Source: Octopus sinensis
Lineage: Eukaryota
Direction of reading: 5' to 3'
Length of the DNA stretch: 64,000 nt
Assembly (NCBI RefSeq): GCF_006345805.1
Contig: NC_043006.1
Coordinates: 37,324,001-37,388,000, forward strand
The notes below the pieces were generated by a model. It made no database searches. It worked only from the letters and a program-made list of their open reading frames with translations, and was not told the origin of the DNA. Of this stretch, positions 50,685 through 64,000 are shown in pieces. A program made the translations under genes and the position numbers. How positions within the stretch are numbered: the first letter of the stretch is position 1; each line of letters opens with the position of its first letter.

Positions 50685-52030
50685 AAAACATGTAGATATG
50701 ATCAAACAATGTTTGGTAGAAATGTTAGACTTGAAAATTTGATCAAACATGTTTGGTAGGAATGTAAGACTTGTAAATATGGTCAAAAATGTTTGGTAGA
50801 AATGCAAGACTTGTAAATATGGTCAAAAATGTTTGGTAGCAATGTAAGACTTGTAAATATGGTCAAAAATGTTTGGTAGCAATGTAAGACTTGTAAATAT
50901 GGTCAAAAATGTTTGGTAGAAATGTAAGACTTGTAAATATGGTCAAAAATGTTTGGTAGAAATGCAAGACTTGTAAATATGGTCAAAAATGTTTGGTAGA
51001 AATGTAAGACTTGTAAATATGGTCAAAAATGTTTGGTAGAAATGTTAGACTTGAAAATTTGATCAAACATGTTTGGTAGAAATGTAAGACTTGTAAATAT
51101 GGTCAAAAATGTTTGGTAGAAATGTTAGACTTGAAAATTTGATCAAACATGTTTGGTAGAAATGTAAGACTTGTAAATATGGTCAAAAATGTTTGGTAGA
51201 AATGTAAGACTTGTAAATATGGTCAAAAATGTTTGGTAGAAATGTAAGACTTGTAAATATGGTCAAAAATGTTTGGTAGAAATGTAAGACTTGTAAATAT
51301 GGTCAAAAATGTTTGGTAGAAATGTAAGACTTGTAAATATGGTCAAAAATGTTTGGTAGAAATGTAAGACTTGTAAATATGGTCAAAATGTTTGGTAGCA
51401 ATGTAAGACTTGTAAATATGGTCAAAATGTTTGGTAGAAATGTAAGACTGTAAATATGGTCAAAATGTTTGGTAGAAATGTAAGACTTGTAAATATGGTC
51501 AAAAATGTGTGGTAGAAATGCAAGACTTGTAAATATGGTCAAAAATGTTTGGTAGCAATGTAAGACTTGTAAATATGGTCAAAAATGTTTGGTAGAAATG
51601 TAAGACTTGTAAATATGGTCAAAAATGTTGGTAGAAATGTAAGACTTGTAAATATGGTCAAAAATGTTTGGTTAGAATGTAAGACTTGTAAATATGGTCA
51701 AAAATGTTTGGTTAGAATGTAAGACTTGTAAATATGGTCAAAAATGTTTGGTAGAAATGTAAGACTTGTAAATATGGTCAAAAATGTTTGGTAGAAATGC
51801 AAGACTTGTAAATATGGTCAAAAATGTTTGGTAGAAATGTAAGACTTGTAAATATGGTCAAAAATGTTTGGTAGAAATGTAAGACTTGTAAATATGGTCA
51901 AAAATGTTTGGTAGAAATGTAAGACTTGTAAATATGGTCAAAAATGTTTGGTAGAAATGTAAGATTTTTAAATATGATCAAACATGTTTGGTAAAAATGT
52001 AAGACATGTAAATATGATCAAACATACTAC
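50685..52030 (+). repeat. 40-bp minisatellite, about 33 units, in an NTPDase intron
   Basis: Consensus AATGTAAGACTTGTAAATATGGTCAAAAATGTTTGGTAGA, with a recurrent 39-bp variant. Confidence 0.97.
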
Positions 52031-52815
52031 CCAAATAGACCATGATAGGATTTGAGCTCAAAAGGTAAAGAACCGGAACACTCACAACAAAGAAGCCGAT
52101 ACGACGTTCTTATAATTTCTTCAGTCACCCGCTCTCCATCGGTACTATTTTTATCGACCCCGAAAAAAGATTAAAGTGGTGCTCGACAAGATTCGAACTC
52201 AGAGAGGAGAGGAGCGTAAAGAAAAAAAAACTATAATATGATAAATATTTCGTTAATTATTCCATACTCTTGTCTCTGCTATTGTTATTTAATAACGACA
52301 AGCATAAGATGGTTGCTATTTACAGTTAGGTAGGTTAGGGCGGCGAGAATTTTGGTCAAGAGTGTTATGCAATGTAAATGACACGTGGAAAGAAGACATC
52401 ATTTTGCTTTTGCGAAATATAAATCTGAAACCTTATCGAATCATACACCTGCAGGTCTTTAAACAAACACACACACTTCTATGTGTGTACGTGCGTGCAT
52501 GTGTACATATCTATGTATATATGTACGTATCTGTCTGTCTGTATGTACGTATATCTCTTCTATTTTTTAATTATTATAAATCTTCCACTGAAAAGGGAGC
52601 CGGTTTCCAACAAAGATACAAGGCTCCATTTTTGGAATGTAGTTAACACAGACAAATTCATATTTGGAACTTGAGAAAAATCTTTCATATTTTTACTGTT
52701 CCACTCACAGATTGGACTTGTAACGTACGAATTAGCTGGTTGATTGCTTGTTCTGAAAATCCCAATTTATCCATATTCTCCTTTAAGCATTTACTAACAA
52801 ACCCTTGTGCTCCAA

Positions 52816-52846
<31 letters not shown>

Positions 52847-53708
52847 TGTATGTATGTATGTATGTATGTATGTATTGGTAGATATCGATCAATATATGAA
52901 TATTAACATATCTGTCGTTGTGTCCATGCTTAAGAGTTTCAAGTCGTTCATGGCTCAACACCTTTCTATATTTAACTGAAATACGTGCCACCAAATATTA
53001 GAACTATTCACTGCAGTGAATTCAGAAACATGAGTGTTTTACGTAAACCTGCGAACCTTGTGAAGGATACGGGACATTTCCACAGTTCCTGACTCTAGCC
53101 TATTTAATGGCCATTCCTTCAATATCAGGAACCTTCGAATGGTCAGCACTATTTACGTAACTTTGCGCTTTCCTAGGTAGAAGTGTTGGCCCTACGCATA
53201 GCCATTTTGGTTCATATTCGCTTGGCCTCTATCCTTTGATCTACCCAGGATGGGAGTTCCCATCAGAAGCTTGCGCTTCGCTGAAATAGCATCCAAGGTC
53301 ATTGAGGGATGCAAACCATCACACCGCCCCAAGGACTGGACCTTGTGGTGAACTGTGTACATAATAAATAAGACATAAGACGAGCAGGTCAACTACGTGA
53401 TCATCTTGAAGGATTAAAATCTAAACGTATTGTAGAGCTGGAAGAAAGCGTTGTAAGGTTGGTGTAGAGGGCTGAAAACCCTGACGCTGGTCTTGCGAAC
53501 AGGTGTATAATTAGTTTTTTACTGAGAACTCGACACCGATAAAACACTTTATTGCAACCACCACCACAATCACCACCTCCACCACCATTAACATCTCTAT
53601 CCGTGCAGCCATTCCGCTCCACGATTAATATGAAGAAAATCTTGAAAAAGCACCTCAGAAAATCAAAGCAGAAATTCTGCACCTCACCCTCACACGAAAC
53701 TTACTTAC

Positions 53709-54001
53709 CATTTCACAATAGGTTTTCGTATTTTTAATCATCAGATCCATGTTAAGACGTTCATCGGCGTCTGTGGAATTGATTTGATTGGTTGGATAAA
53801 CAAAGGCAGAAACGGCGTAGAATATGGTATCACCAAGCGGAGATTGATAAGTGGTACCTATACTACACGGTTTCGGACTGCAATCGGACGGCGGCTGTTT
53901 GTTCAAGAAGTCTTCTAGAATTTCCCGGCAGCTTTCTGCGTTTCCGTTTCCGATCATTACTATAGATCGGCCGTTTTCGTCGCTGACTGTTGTGTTGTCA
54001 C
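53709..54001 (-). CDS. NTPDase internal exon (Cys-rich region)
   Basis: Acceptor CACACAG|GT (phase 1), donor ATG|GTAAGT (phase 0). Encodes DNTTVSDENGRSIVMIGNGNAESC...CSPKPCSIGTTYQSPLGDTIFYAVSAFVY...YCEM. Confidence 0.9.
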
Positions 54002-54317
54002 CTGTGTGGTTCCGAAAAAAAAAATACATAGAATAGATATGACTAGATATGATTACACACACATACACACACACACACGCTCACTCACCCACACGCGTCG
54101 TGGTCGTCAACTTAATTATCAAATGACTTGATAAAAACAAGAGGATAACGTAGTAATACTCCATAAGTCATCTGTTAAAAATCGAATGAAAATGGTTGCT
54201 TGTTAGCTTAAATGTCAAAGTGCTTTCAAATCAACATGGAACGATTTATGCAACAGAATTGAAACTTCCACCCTTCATCACAAAACAATACCGTTCCTCA
54301 TTGCAGACATTCCTGTA

Positions 54318-54494
54318 TAGTTCTATATTTAAGAGATGAGGAATTATATACATTATTTACATTTGACCCATTTTTGTCCTCATCATATTTGTTGTTAACA
54401 CAACGCTTCGGCAGATATACCCTCCAGCTTTCATCAGGTGTCTTGGGGAAATTTCGAACCTGGGTTCTCATTCCTAAGGTATTTTTCGTTGTTG

Positions 54495-54552
<58 letters not shown>

Positions 54553-54562
54553 CATCATCATC

Positions 54563-54594
<32 letters not shown>

Positions 54595-54602
54595 CATCAT
54601 CA

Positions 54603-54673
<71 letters not shown>

Positions 54674-54743
54674 TCACTGACTGGAATTGATCTCAGAATC
54701 TTTGGGTTAGTAGCCCGTGCTCTTAACCACTACGCCATATGCC
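54318..54743 (-). mobile_element. Single full-length F1 copy in an NTPDase intron
   Basis: Head GGCATATGGCGTAGTGG..., then (TAA/TGA)n, the hammerhead segment, and the 3' end CTCATCTCTTAAATATAGAACT. Confidence 0.85.
54397..54442 (-). ncRNA. Degenerate hammerhead motif (F1)
   Basis: GACAC-CTGATGA...GAAG-CG-TT-GTGTT; the GAAA core is changed to GAAG. Confidence 0.5.
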
Positions 54744-55109
54744 GGTGGGCATAAATGTTTCAAACTACTTCAACAGGGGGCCACAGATCACTACTTCGTC
54801 CTGATTATATTTAAAAAGTTTTGTAGCAATTCTAGTTCGCAATTTGGACAGGCATCACCACAAAATAGCTTCGCTTATATACCTTTGTATATTGAAAGAT
54901 AGCCTCTTCATGCCTGATTGCTAGGTGGTGGGTGGGGGCCTTCCTGTATTGAGTACTGTATATCCTTCCAAGAAGGTCCCCCCACCACCACCATCAATAT
55001 CTAGATGCCCGAGCCAATTGACCCCTCTACCACCCCACCATAAATCCGGCCTTGTAATATATTTAACAAGTGGCGTATATATTTTTATGTGTGAACGTAT
55101 ATATAATAT

Positions 55110-55153
<44 letters not shown>

Positions 55154-55406
55154 CGTATGGATTGATGTGTATATATATATATACATAGAGAGAGTGAAAG
55201 AGAGAGAGAGAGAGAGAGAAAAGAGAAAGAGAGAGCAAATGCATATGTGTGTGTCTGTGTATATGCGTACTTGTGCGTGTATATGTGCGTGAGAGTCAGT
55301 GTAGATACATACTAGTATGTGTGTATGTGTTTGTGTGTGCGTGCGCATGACTACATGTGTGTGCCTTTATCTCCGAATCTTTGGTCTACCTTTCTGAATA
55401 TGTACC

Positions 55407-55492
<86 letters not shown>

Positions 55493-55546
55493 CATATATA
55501 TACATATATATATATAATATATATATATATATATAATATATATATA

Positions 55547-55637
<91 letters not shown>

Positions 55638-55659
55638 ATATATATATATAAGTTCAGCA

Positions 55660-55904
55660 AAATTTGGATTCAAATGAATATGGTACTTAAGTTGGATGCA
55701 CCAGAATTCTGTATGGTGTTATCCATATAAATCCATGGGGTGATTATAATCAAAATAAGCATCAAGAATAACTCCGGTAATTTGGTACGATCGTTTCGCA
55801 CTACATTATTTTATTAAATGTTGTAATACTTACAACATTTAATAAAATGATGTAGTGCAAAACGATCGTACCAAATTACCGGAGTTTTCTTGTTGCTTAT
55901 TTTG

Positions 55905-55910
<6 letters not shown>
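55660..55910. mobile_element. Shorter F3-related foldback
   Basis: Palindrome 55745-55910 with GAAACGATCGTA in the left arm; shares the ATGAATATGGTACTTAAGTTG..GCACCAGAAT extension with 47015. Embedded in (TA)n. Confidence 0.85.
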
Positions 55911-55943
<33 letters not shown>

Positions 55944-57318
55944 TCCCTTTTAACTGTACACCTATATGAATATACATACGTATTTAAATACATACATATA
56001 CATATGTAAACATACAATATATTCGAACGCCACTATAAGCAGCCAATCATGACTATGGCAAATCTGCGGAAATGAATATCAAATTTTATGGCATCAAAGA
56101 CGCAGGGATATCTTAGATATACTGCAACTTCAACAGCGCATATTCAAAGCAGAAACGTTTTTAGTTCATTACAGCTTATTAGGGACCCAACGTCGCATAT
56201 AGGATCTGGAGTGACTTTTGATGACGCTTTTTAGAACGTGTTTTATATCATCAAATACGGTATGTCACTTATTCCAAGTTATTTGGCTGCCCGCCTAATG
56301 AACAAAGAAACTTATATAAGGAACCTCTACGTCAGTGGTTCTTAATTGAGGTTCTTGTGATCGTTGGGGGTTCATATAAGAGTTTTTGTTAAAAGTTATG
56401 TGCAATAAGTTGCTTGTATTTCTAAAATGCATAACATATTTTAACAATTCCTGATAATATTAATTCTAAAAATATAATGGGAATTTTTAAACATTGAATG
56501 GTTATTAGGGTTCAGTACAATAAAAAGGAGTCCATAGGTAAAAAGTGATTGGGAACTAGTGTCCTACTTTTTCGTTTGACTAGTTAGAAATAGCAGCTAA
56601 ATTGCCATCGAATCCAGCTACGTCTTAACTAAGAACACATTAGATAATATAGAATGGGGATTATTGAACGGATTAAAAAGACAAGATGATCATTTCGGGA
56701 CCACCTTTGATCATAGATCTGCTCTGCCAGCACTCTCCTAGGGTTAAACATGGCAGTAACATAACTATCTAATAATACAGTGCCGTATCTTCTACATTAT
56801 AGCCACAGGCATGGCTGTGTGGTTCAGAATTTCACTTCGCAACCACATGGTTTCCAGTTCAGTCCCACTGTGCAGTGCCTTAGGCAAGTGTATTCTGCTA
56901 TATCCCAGTTACCCCTGGGCTAACCCATGCCATGTGAGTGAATGTGGAGGACGGAAACTGTTTAGAGATCAATCCATCCATCCATCCATCCATCCATCCA
57001 TCCATCCATCAATCCATCTATGGAACCAACCACAACACTAACAGCAATAATTCTTTCTATTACAGGCAACAAGGCTTGAAATTTGGGGGTTGGGGGACAG
57101 TCGTTTACACTGACCCCAGTGCTCGATTGTTATTTAATTTATAGACCCACAAAAGGATGAAAGGCAAAGTCAACTTTCGCGGAATTTCAACTCAGAACGT
57201 AAATCCGCCAACCATTTTGTACCAACAGCAATAATACCAATGACAACCACTACATTTACAACTGTAACAACAGCAATACACTGTAAAGATTTGCGAGTAT
57301 CGAGAAGAAATTACGAAC

Positions 57319-57554
57319 CCCTTAGGCGACACGGGTCTAAGACACTGTCATTTGTACCGCTTTGCTGAAGAAGATGATCTTGGACTCGTTCGATTAGATA
57401 AGCTTGTCCAAAATTTAGATAACTGTGTGCGTAGGTATGGTAGTAAGTGGAACCAATATGGGCGATAAACTTGTTGGCGTAGATAGGCGTTTTAGGAACG
57501 AAAACGATTTGCGTGGAACCGCCACCCATTTCGAGAACTCCCACACTGGTGTTC
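57319..57554 (-). CDS. NTPDase exon with ACR4
   Basis: Acceptor TTTGCAG|G, donor G|GTTCGT. Encodes NTSVGVLEMGGGSTQIVFVPK...HSYLNFGQ...DPCRLR(G); ACR4, HSYL and the DPC motif are typical of the family. Confidence 0.92.
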
Positions 57555-58661
57555 CTGCAAAGAAGAAAGAGACAGAGATAGAAATGAAACAAACGTAGCA
57601 TAAACGACCGTAAAAGACTGTATAGTTTTTTAATGTAAAATAAAAGAAAGAAGAGAGTCATGTTTTGATTTTTAAGGTTTGATTGATTTGTCTTGAAAGA
57701 GTAAAGTTTTATTGTTTTGTTATAGAGAGTTTGCGAACGGAAGAACTGAGAGTCAGGAATAATGGTAGAAAAGTATTTCGTTTTTGTATTTGGTTTGCAA
57801 GATTCTTGATGTGAAGTCGTGTGTTGAAACATCTTTTTTTTAAATATCTCGGTAGGGTCATTAAGTCAATAATAAACACATGCACGAAAAAGAAGAGAAA
57901 TAGAACCAGTGCGTGTGTTTATTGTTGCCATAATGACCCACCCGGAATACAACAAAAGACGAGAACTTATTTGACGAAAAAGAACATAACCTGATAAAAT
58001 TAATAAATCTAATTGACTTAGCTTATGTTTGGTTTAAGACTTGTTTACGGTAGGAAATTAACGACAGCGACATGAAAACTAGAGTGTACAGTTGGAAATG
58101 AAATTGACTGAAAAGAATATTCGTTGGTCTGGTTGGAGAACTCCTTCGGTCTTATGTAAGAAAGCTTACAGTAGAAGAAAAACTGAGTGTCGAAATTAGT
58201 TTCTTACATAGGCACAGGACCACAAATAAGCTGTTATTTTTTTAATGTGTGGAGAATGAAAGGTGAACTCATATCGGATAGGATTTGAACTTAGAACATA
58301 AAAATGGTCGTGAGTAGCCACTACAAGAAATTCAGTCGGCCTCTATACTTGCTCTGTAACTCTATGACTCACCAAAGTCTGCAAAAAATGAATTCGTTTT
58401 GAAGCATTTCAATTATTTCGTTTGGGTTAGGCGGTGAGCTGGCAGCATCGTTAGCACACCGGGCAAAATGCTCAGCTGCATTTCGTTCGTCATTAAATTC
58501 CGGGTTCAAATTCCACCAAGGTCATCTTGGCCTTGCATCCTTTCGGGGTCGATGAAATAAGTATCACTTGAACACTGGCGTCGATTCAATCGGCTTAACC
58601 CTTCCTCCGAAATTTCGGAATTTGTGCCCAATTTTTCATCCATTATATTCCTTGACATATA

Positions 58662-60279
58662 CAGTTGCGGCCAAAATGTTCAGAACGGCATTGTTTTCGT
58701 CAGAAAAGTAGGTATAATTTGTTATCAAATTTGTTTTATATTCTATAATTTTCACAGACAATAAATAGATATTATTTGTTATTGTCTGAGATTTTGGTGT
58801 AATTTGAGAGGATAATACAAAAGTCATGGATGATTTAGGGATTTACTGCAAAACCCATGGCGGCCAAAATGATCAGAACGGTTGCTTTTACTCCGTGTTT
58901 TAGTATATTGAACCGGCGAACTCTAATGTTTTGAATTTGTTTACTTGACGGTTCGTTTACTAAACATTAGTAAGAATATCTGCAGTGTACTTTGTTTATA
59001 TAATGCCACTTACTCCGTTACCAATTCGTCAGCAGATTATCAAGCTTCGAAAGAAGGATAATTTGAGTATTGGGTCTATTGCAAAGATTGTTAACAAGTC
59101 AAAAAGTGTTGTTCATGGTATTCTTAAGGTCTACGATGTTTGTGGTTCGTGTGAAGCAAGAAAGTCTACAGGTAGGCCAAGAAAAACGACCAAGAGAGAA
59201 GATCGTGCTATAGTAAAGTTGGTTAAAAAGGACAGATTTAAAACTGCTGCTGTTTCTCGGGAAATAGCATTGTACTGAAGAAAACTCGAAAAACTGTGTC
59301 TCGTCGTTTAGTTGAACATGACCTACAAGCAAGAGCACCTGCAGTGAAGCCACTGATCAGCTCCAAGAATAAAAAGTGTCGTCTTACCTTTGCAAACGAA
59401 CATGTGATGTGGTCTCAAGAAAAATGGCAAACGGTGCATTTCAGTGATGAATTTATGTTATTTGGCTCAGATGGGAAAAGGTACGTTCGTCGAAAAGTAG
59501 GTGAAAAATTGCCGACTAAATGCCTTAAGACTAGTGTTAAATTCGGTGGAGGAAGTGTCATGGTTTGGGGGATGATATCTGGAGATGGTGTGGGCTCTTT
59601 GGTGCGATTAATTGGAAAGTAAAATACAGGAGTTTATAAACAACTTGTAAAAGATCATGTCTTGCCTGTGCTGAGAAATTCAACTAAGCGACCACCCATA
59701 TTCATGCAGGACAATGCCCCATGTCACAAGGCTAACGTGGTCATGAACTTCCTCAAGGCTGAAAAGGTTATTGTTATGGATTGGCCTGCTCAAAGCCCAG
59801 ATCTCAATCCTATTGAAAATGTGTGGAATATTCTAGGAGAACGTTCGAAAGCCAGAAATCCTAAAACAACCGAGCAATTATGGAATGCCCATCAGGAAGA
59901 AAATTAAATAAGATCACCCAGCAAGAAATTGAAAATTTAGTTTCCTCATGCAGTCGAAGATGTCAAAGTGTGATTGAAGCTAAAGGGCTTCACGCTAAAT
60001 ATTAAATGATTCCAGTATTCTCTGTCATTTTTGATTATTTTGTTATTTTTTCAACCGTTCTGATCATTTTGGCCGGTATGGGTTTTGCAGTAAATCACTA
60101 AATCATCCATAACTTTTGTATTATCCTCTCAAATTACACCAGAATCTCAGACAATAACAAATAATATCGTATTTATTGTCTGTGAAAATTATAGAATATA
60201 AAACAACTTTGATAAAAAAAAAAGTGTACCTACTTTTCTGACGAAAACAATGCCGTTCTGAACATTTTGGCCGCAACTG
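58662..60279 (+). mobile_element. Full-length decayed Tc1-family (DD34E) DNA transposon with IR-DR ends, in an NTPDase intron
   Basis: TA|CAGTTGCGG...CCGCAACTG|TA. TIRs are about 225 bp (58662-58884, 60052-60279), each with CGGCCAAAATG(T/A)TCAGAACGG-like repeats at both ends. Confidence 0.95.
59003..60005 (+). pseudogene. Tc1 transposase pseudogene
   Basis: Motifs GRPRK, FSDE, VMVWG, FMQDNAPCH and WPAQSPDLNPIENVW; 34 residues lie between the second D and the E. Frameshifts near 59270 and 59620 and a stop at about 59907. Confidence 0.93.
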
Positions 60280-61971
60280 TATTAACCTTTAAAATCAAAT
60301 ACACTGCGGTTACCGTGGACGAAAAAAAATCTTTCTTATGATAAAAGGTTTAGAAGCACCAGAGGAGATGCCTTTTGCTATAAGAGAGAACTTTTTTTCC
60401 TCCACAGTAACTGCGGGGAATTTGATTTTAGAAGTTAAAATGTCACAAACATATTTTAATTAATCTAAGATTCGTTTATTCCGAAACACTGCTTGGCACT
60501 GGTGATTCAATGAAGAAGTTATAGAGTTTCGTTTAAGTTAAAAAATTTTTGAAGCAAAATTAGTTTTGAAAATTGTGACAAAATTTGATTGGGTGAAAGA
60601 AAACGCTTCATGTTTTATTACATTGATTTCAGAAATCTGGTTGATACTTTTTTTACTTTAGATATGAACATTGCAAGGGAGAAAAATTGAAAGACAAGAC
60701 TTCTATCAATTGAAATGACATAATATGACTGGTTTGGAAAATTTGGTTTCATTGCAGTTCTTCAAGAGAATCTTAAGAGGAAATGACAGGAATTAGGAAC
60801 GAGAAATAATTGACATAAGTTAATTAAATATAATTAAATAAAACAGTTACGACTGAATTCAGTTTAAAAACTTACATTTTACCTTGAAATGGTATGTATG
60901 CTCTGGTTTGGTTGACGCACACACACCCACAAGCGCATACACTCACACACACAAAAATATACACATACACAAACACACATACGCACACAGACAAACACAC
61001 ACAGACGCACACACAAACACACGCGCGCACACAAACACACGCGCACACACGCAAGTACGTGCGCACACATATACAGACACACAAACACACCCACACGTAC
61101 ACACATACATACACATACACATACATACACATACACAAGTACACACACACAAGCACGTACACACACACAAGCACGTACACACACACAAGCACGTACACAC
61201 ACACCTACACACACACATACATACACATACACACGCACGCACACACAAACACGTACACACACTCGTACATAAAACTGGAATAATGTCGGAAAAAGAACGA
61301 TTGATATTTCCCCGTCCTTCATTACGTTCGTTTGACTAAACTTATAGTTTTAGGTTTTTAAAAACCATCTCGTCAGATAAAGCCATCAAAATATTACAAG
61401 AGGTCTAAAGATATTGTTATTATATATCAGAATCAAAGTCACCAATACCAAATGTAAAATAATATGCGCAGGAGTGGCTGTGTGGTAAGTAGCTTGCTTA
61501 TCAACCACATGTTTCCGGCTTCAGTCCCACTGCGTGGCACCTTGTGTAAGTGTCTTCTACTATAGCCTTGGGCCGACCAAAGCCTTGTGAGTGCATTTGG
61601 TAGACGGAAACTGAAAGAAGCCCATCGTGAGTGAATTTGGTAGACGAAAACTGAAAGAAGCATATGTATATCAGTGTGTGTGTCTTCGCAATACCCGTCG
61701 TATACATATATATATGTGTGTGTATGTTTGTGCCTTTGTGTCTGTATTTGTCCTTCACCACCGGGTAATAGCCGGTGTTGGTGTGCTTACATCCCCGTAA
61801 CTAAGTGGTTTGCCAAAAACAGACCGATAAGAACCACGCTTTAAAACAATAAGTACTGGGATCGATTCATTCAGCTAAAAAATTCTTCAAGGCGGTGCCC
61901 CAGCACGGCCGCAGTCTAATGACTCAAACAAGTAAAACGATACAGTAATTATTTCAACCTGAGTGACTTAC

Positions 61972-62158
61972 TCTTGTTTATGGAAGAAACCACGGAGGTA
62001 GTTGACTGCAATCCAAGCAAACACCGCTTCTTCTTCACCAGAGAGGACTTGTGCCTGTCCTCGCCGGAAAAGAAAGGGGTTGTTTTCTGAATTTTCTAGG
62101 AACATGTTCAGCTGCCTGATAATTTTCAGTGACATTTGTCCTTTTAATACTCTCAGAC
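61972..62158 (-). CDS. GDA1/CD39-family NTPDase (apyrase), internal exon with end of ACR2 and ACR3
   Basis: Not in the ORF track. Acceptor TTTTTCTCACAG|GT, donor GA|GTAAGT. Reads (G)LRVLKGQMSLKIIRQLNMFLENSENNPFLFRRGQAQVLSGEEEAVFAWIAVNYLRGFFHKQ(E). The phase-2 end joins the next exon in frame. Confidence 0.9.
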
Positions 62159-62209
62159 CTGTGAGAAAAATCGATGAAACAAAATAAAGATGATATAGAA
62201 AAGAATAAA

Positions 62210-62266
<57 letters not shown>

Positions 62267-62579
62267 GTTGTTGTTGTTGTTGTTGTTGTTATTGAGTGAG
62301 AGAACAGGACGTGCCATCAAAGTGACACTGGGATAAAATATACGAAACCCAGTATACCCATCATGACTACTCGTCTGATAAGGGTACACTAGGCACATGC
62401 ATCACAACCGTGTGTGCGCAACATGGTGATCTCATATCAAAATAAACAGCATATGACCTTGCAGGTAGGGCCCAGTTAGAATTTTCTTCTGGTCGAGTAA
62501 CCCATCCCGCTCAAAAGGTCCCTGAATAAGGGTTGTTTAAGGATGTTGAAGGAAACACCCGTGTTTCTCAACACATGGC

Positions 62580-62673
<94 letters not shown>

Positions 62674-62687
62674 TATTATTATTATTA

Positions 62688-62755
<68 letters not shown>

Positions 62756-64000
62756 GTTATTATTATTATTAAGGCTGTGAACTGGTAGAATTGTTAACAC
62801 GCCGAGCGAAATACCTAGCGGTATTTCGGCTGCCGTAACGTTCTGAGTTCAAATTTCGCCAAGATCAACATTGCCTTTCACCGTTCCGGAGTCAACAAAT
62901 TAAGTACCGGTCAAGTACTGGGTTCGATGTGATCGACTTCTCCCTCCCCACAAAATCCAGGCCTTGTGTCTATAGCAGAAAGGATTATCATTATTATTTG
63001 TACTGTAAAAGGAGCTATCATAACAAAGGACTAGCAATGCTCAAGAGTACGTACCATTTGATCAATTACAGCTAAACGTGCTCAAACACATTTCTACCAA
63101 TAACCAGTTAGAAACCACAGAGAAAAGTGGTATAAATGGAAGTAAATACCAGTTACAATAAAACAGTAACCTAGGAAATATTTACATTAAGACCGATGGA
63201 AATATTTCCATCATATGAACTAGTCGTCTTTGCATAAATTATTTCTTCTTGGATGCTTCTTTTATACCATCAAATACGGTATGAAGCGTTGTATATGATA
63301 TGGAGGGATGGATTTTATAAGGCGACGAGCTGGTAGAAACGTTAGCATGCCGGGTGGTATTTCGTCTGTCGTTACGTTCTGAGTTCAAATTCCGTCGAGG
63401 TCGACTTTGCCTTTCATCCTTTCGGGGTCGATAAATTAAGTATCAGTTACGCACTGGGGTTGATGTAATCGACTTAACTAATCCGTTTGTCTGTTCTTGT
63501 TTGTCCCCTCTATGTTTAGCCCCTTGTAGGCAATAAAGAAATAAGAAACGTTAGCACGCCGGGCAAAATGCTTAGCGGTAGTTTGTCTACGTTCTTAGTT
63601 CAAATTCCGTCGAGGTCAATTTTGCCTTTCATCCTTTTGGGGTCGATAAATTAAGTACCAGTTGCGCTCTGAGGTCGATCTAATCGACTTCCCCCACCTC
63701 CCCAAAAATTTCGGGTCTTGTGTCTATAGTAGAAAAGAAGGATGGATTTTATATACAATTAATGATGTTGTGGGCGATAGTTAATCGTTTAATCCCATCG
63801 GTCGGTTAGTACTGCACTGAAGAACTACCGATTTTTATTTTTATTTCTCTAAGTTTGCTTTAATCATCATGATGAAGGCCATGCTGAAGCACTGCCTTCA
63901 TATAATTATTCCAAAGAAGTGGAACTTCCACTGACTTATCCAGAGTGGTCCAAAGGTATGATTACAAACTGATGTGAAATTCTCGTTGATTATAAACATC

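Noticed and set aside
50685-52030. 40-bp array as CRISPR, and ORF 51303-51542 as a repeat protein
   Set aside because: It is a pure tandem repeat inside an intron defined by in-frame flanking exons; other frames and units contain stops.
62159-64000. Next upstream NTPDase exon (ACR1/ACR2)
   Set aside because: No exon ending in ATA-G|GT was found; the region is SINEs and repeats, so the exon probably lies beyond the window.

Overview
Repeat-saturated eukaryotic DNA, most likely from an octopus or other coleoid cephalopod. This is inferred from the SINE families and microsatellite density, not from a database search. Two convergent host genes can be rebuilt from GT-AG exons. (1) A complete two-exon bursicon-beta-like cystine-knot hormone gene on + (32444-32674, 37451-37612; 130 aa, 11 Cys). 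(2) The last five exons of a GDA1/CD39 (NTPDase) gene on - (62158 down to 46627); its 5' exons are not found here, and it ends in a GPI-signal-like tail. Almost all other listed ORFs are microsatellite or transposon noise. Mobile DNA includes a full-length decayed Tc1 DD34E element with IR-DR ends, a truncated Ty3/Gypsy with one LTR, R4/Dong-like LINE pieces sitting in (TAA)n, CR1 and RTE ends, a non-autonomous Helitron, Tigger- and hAT-like MITEs, and dozens of tRNA-derived SINEs. The most interesting signal is a set of at least three unrelated non-coding element families that carry type I hammerhead-ribozyme motifs and form tail-out inverted (foldback) pairs, as Penelope-like retroelement pLTRs do. 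One of them is a chimera of a tRNA-derived Pol III head, (TAA)n and a hammerhead tail (5 copies). No CRISPR array, rRNA or convincing tRNA gene was found.
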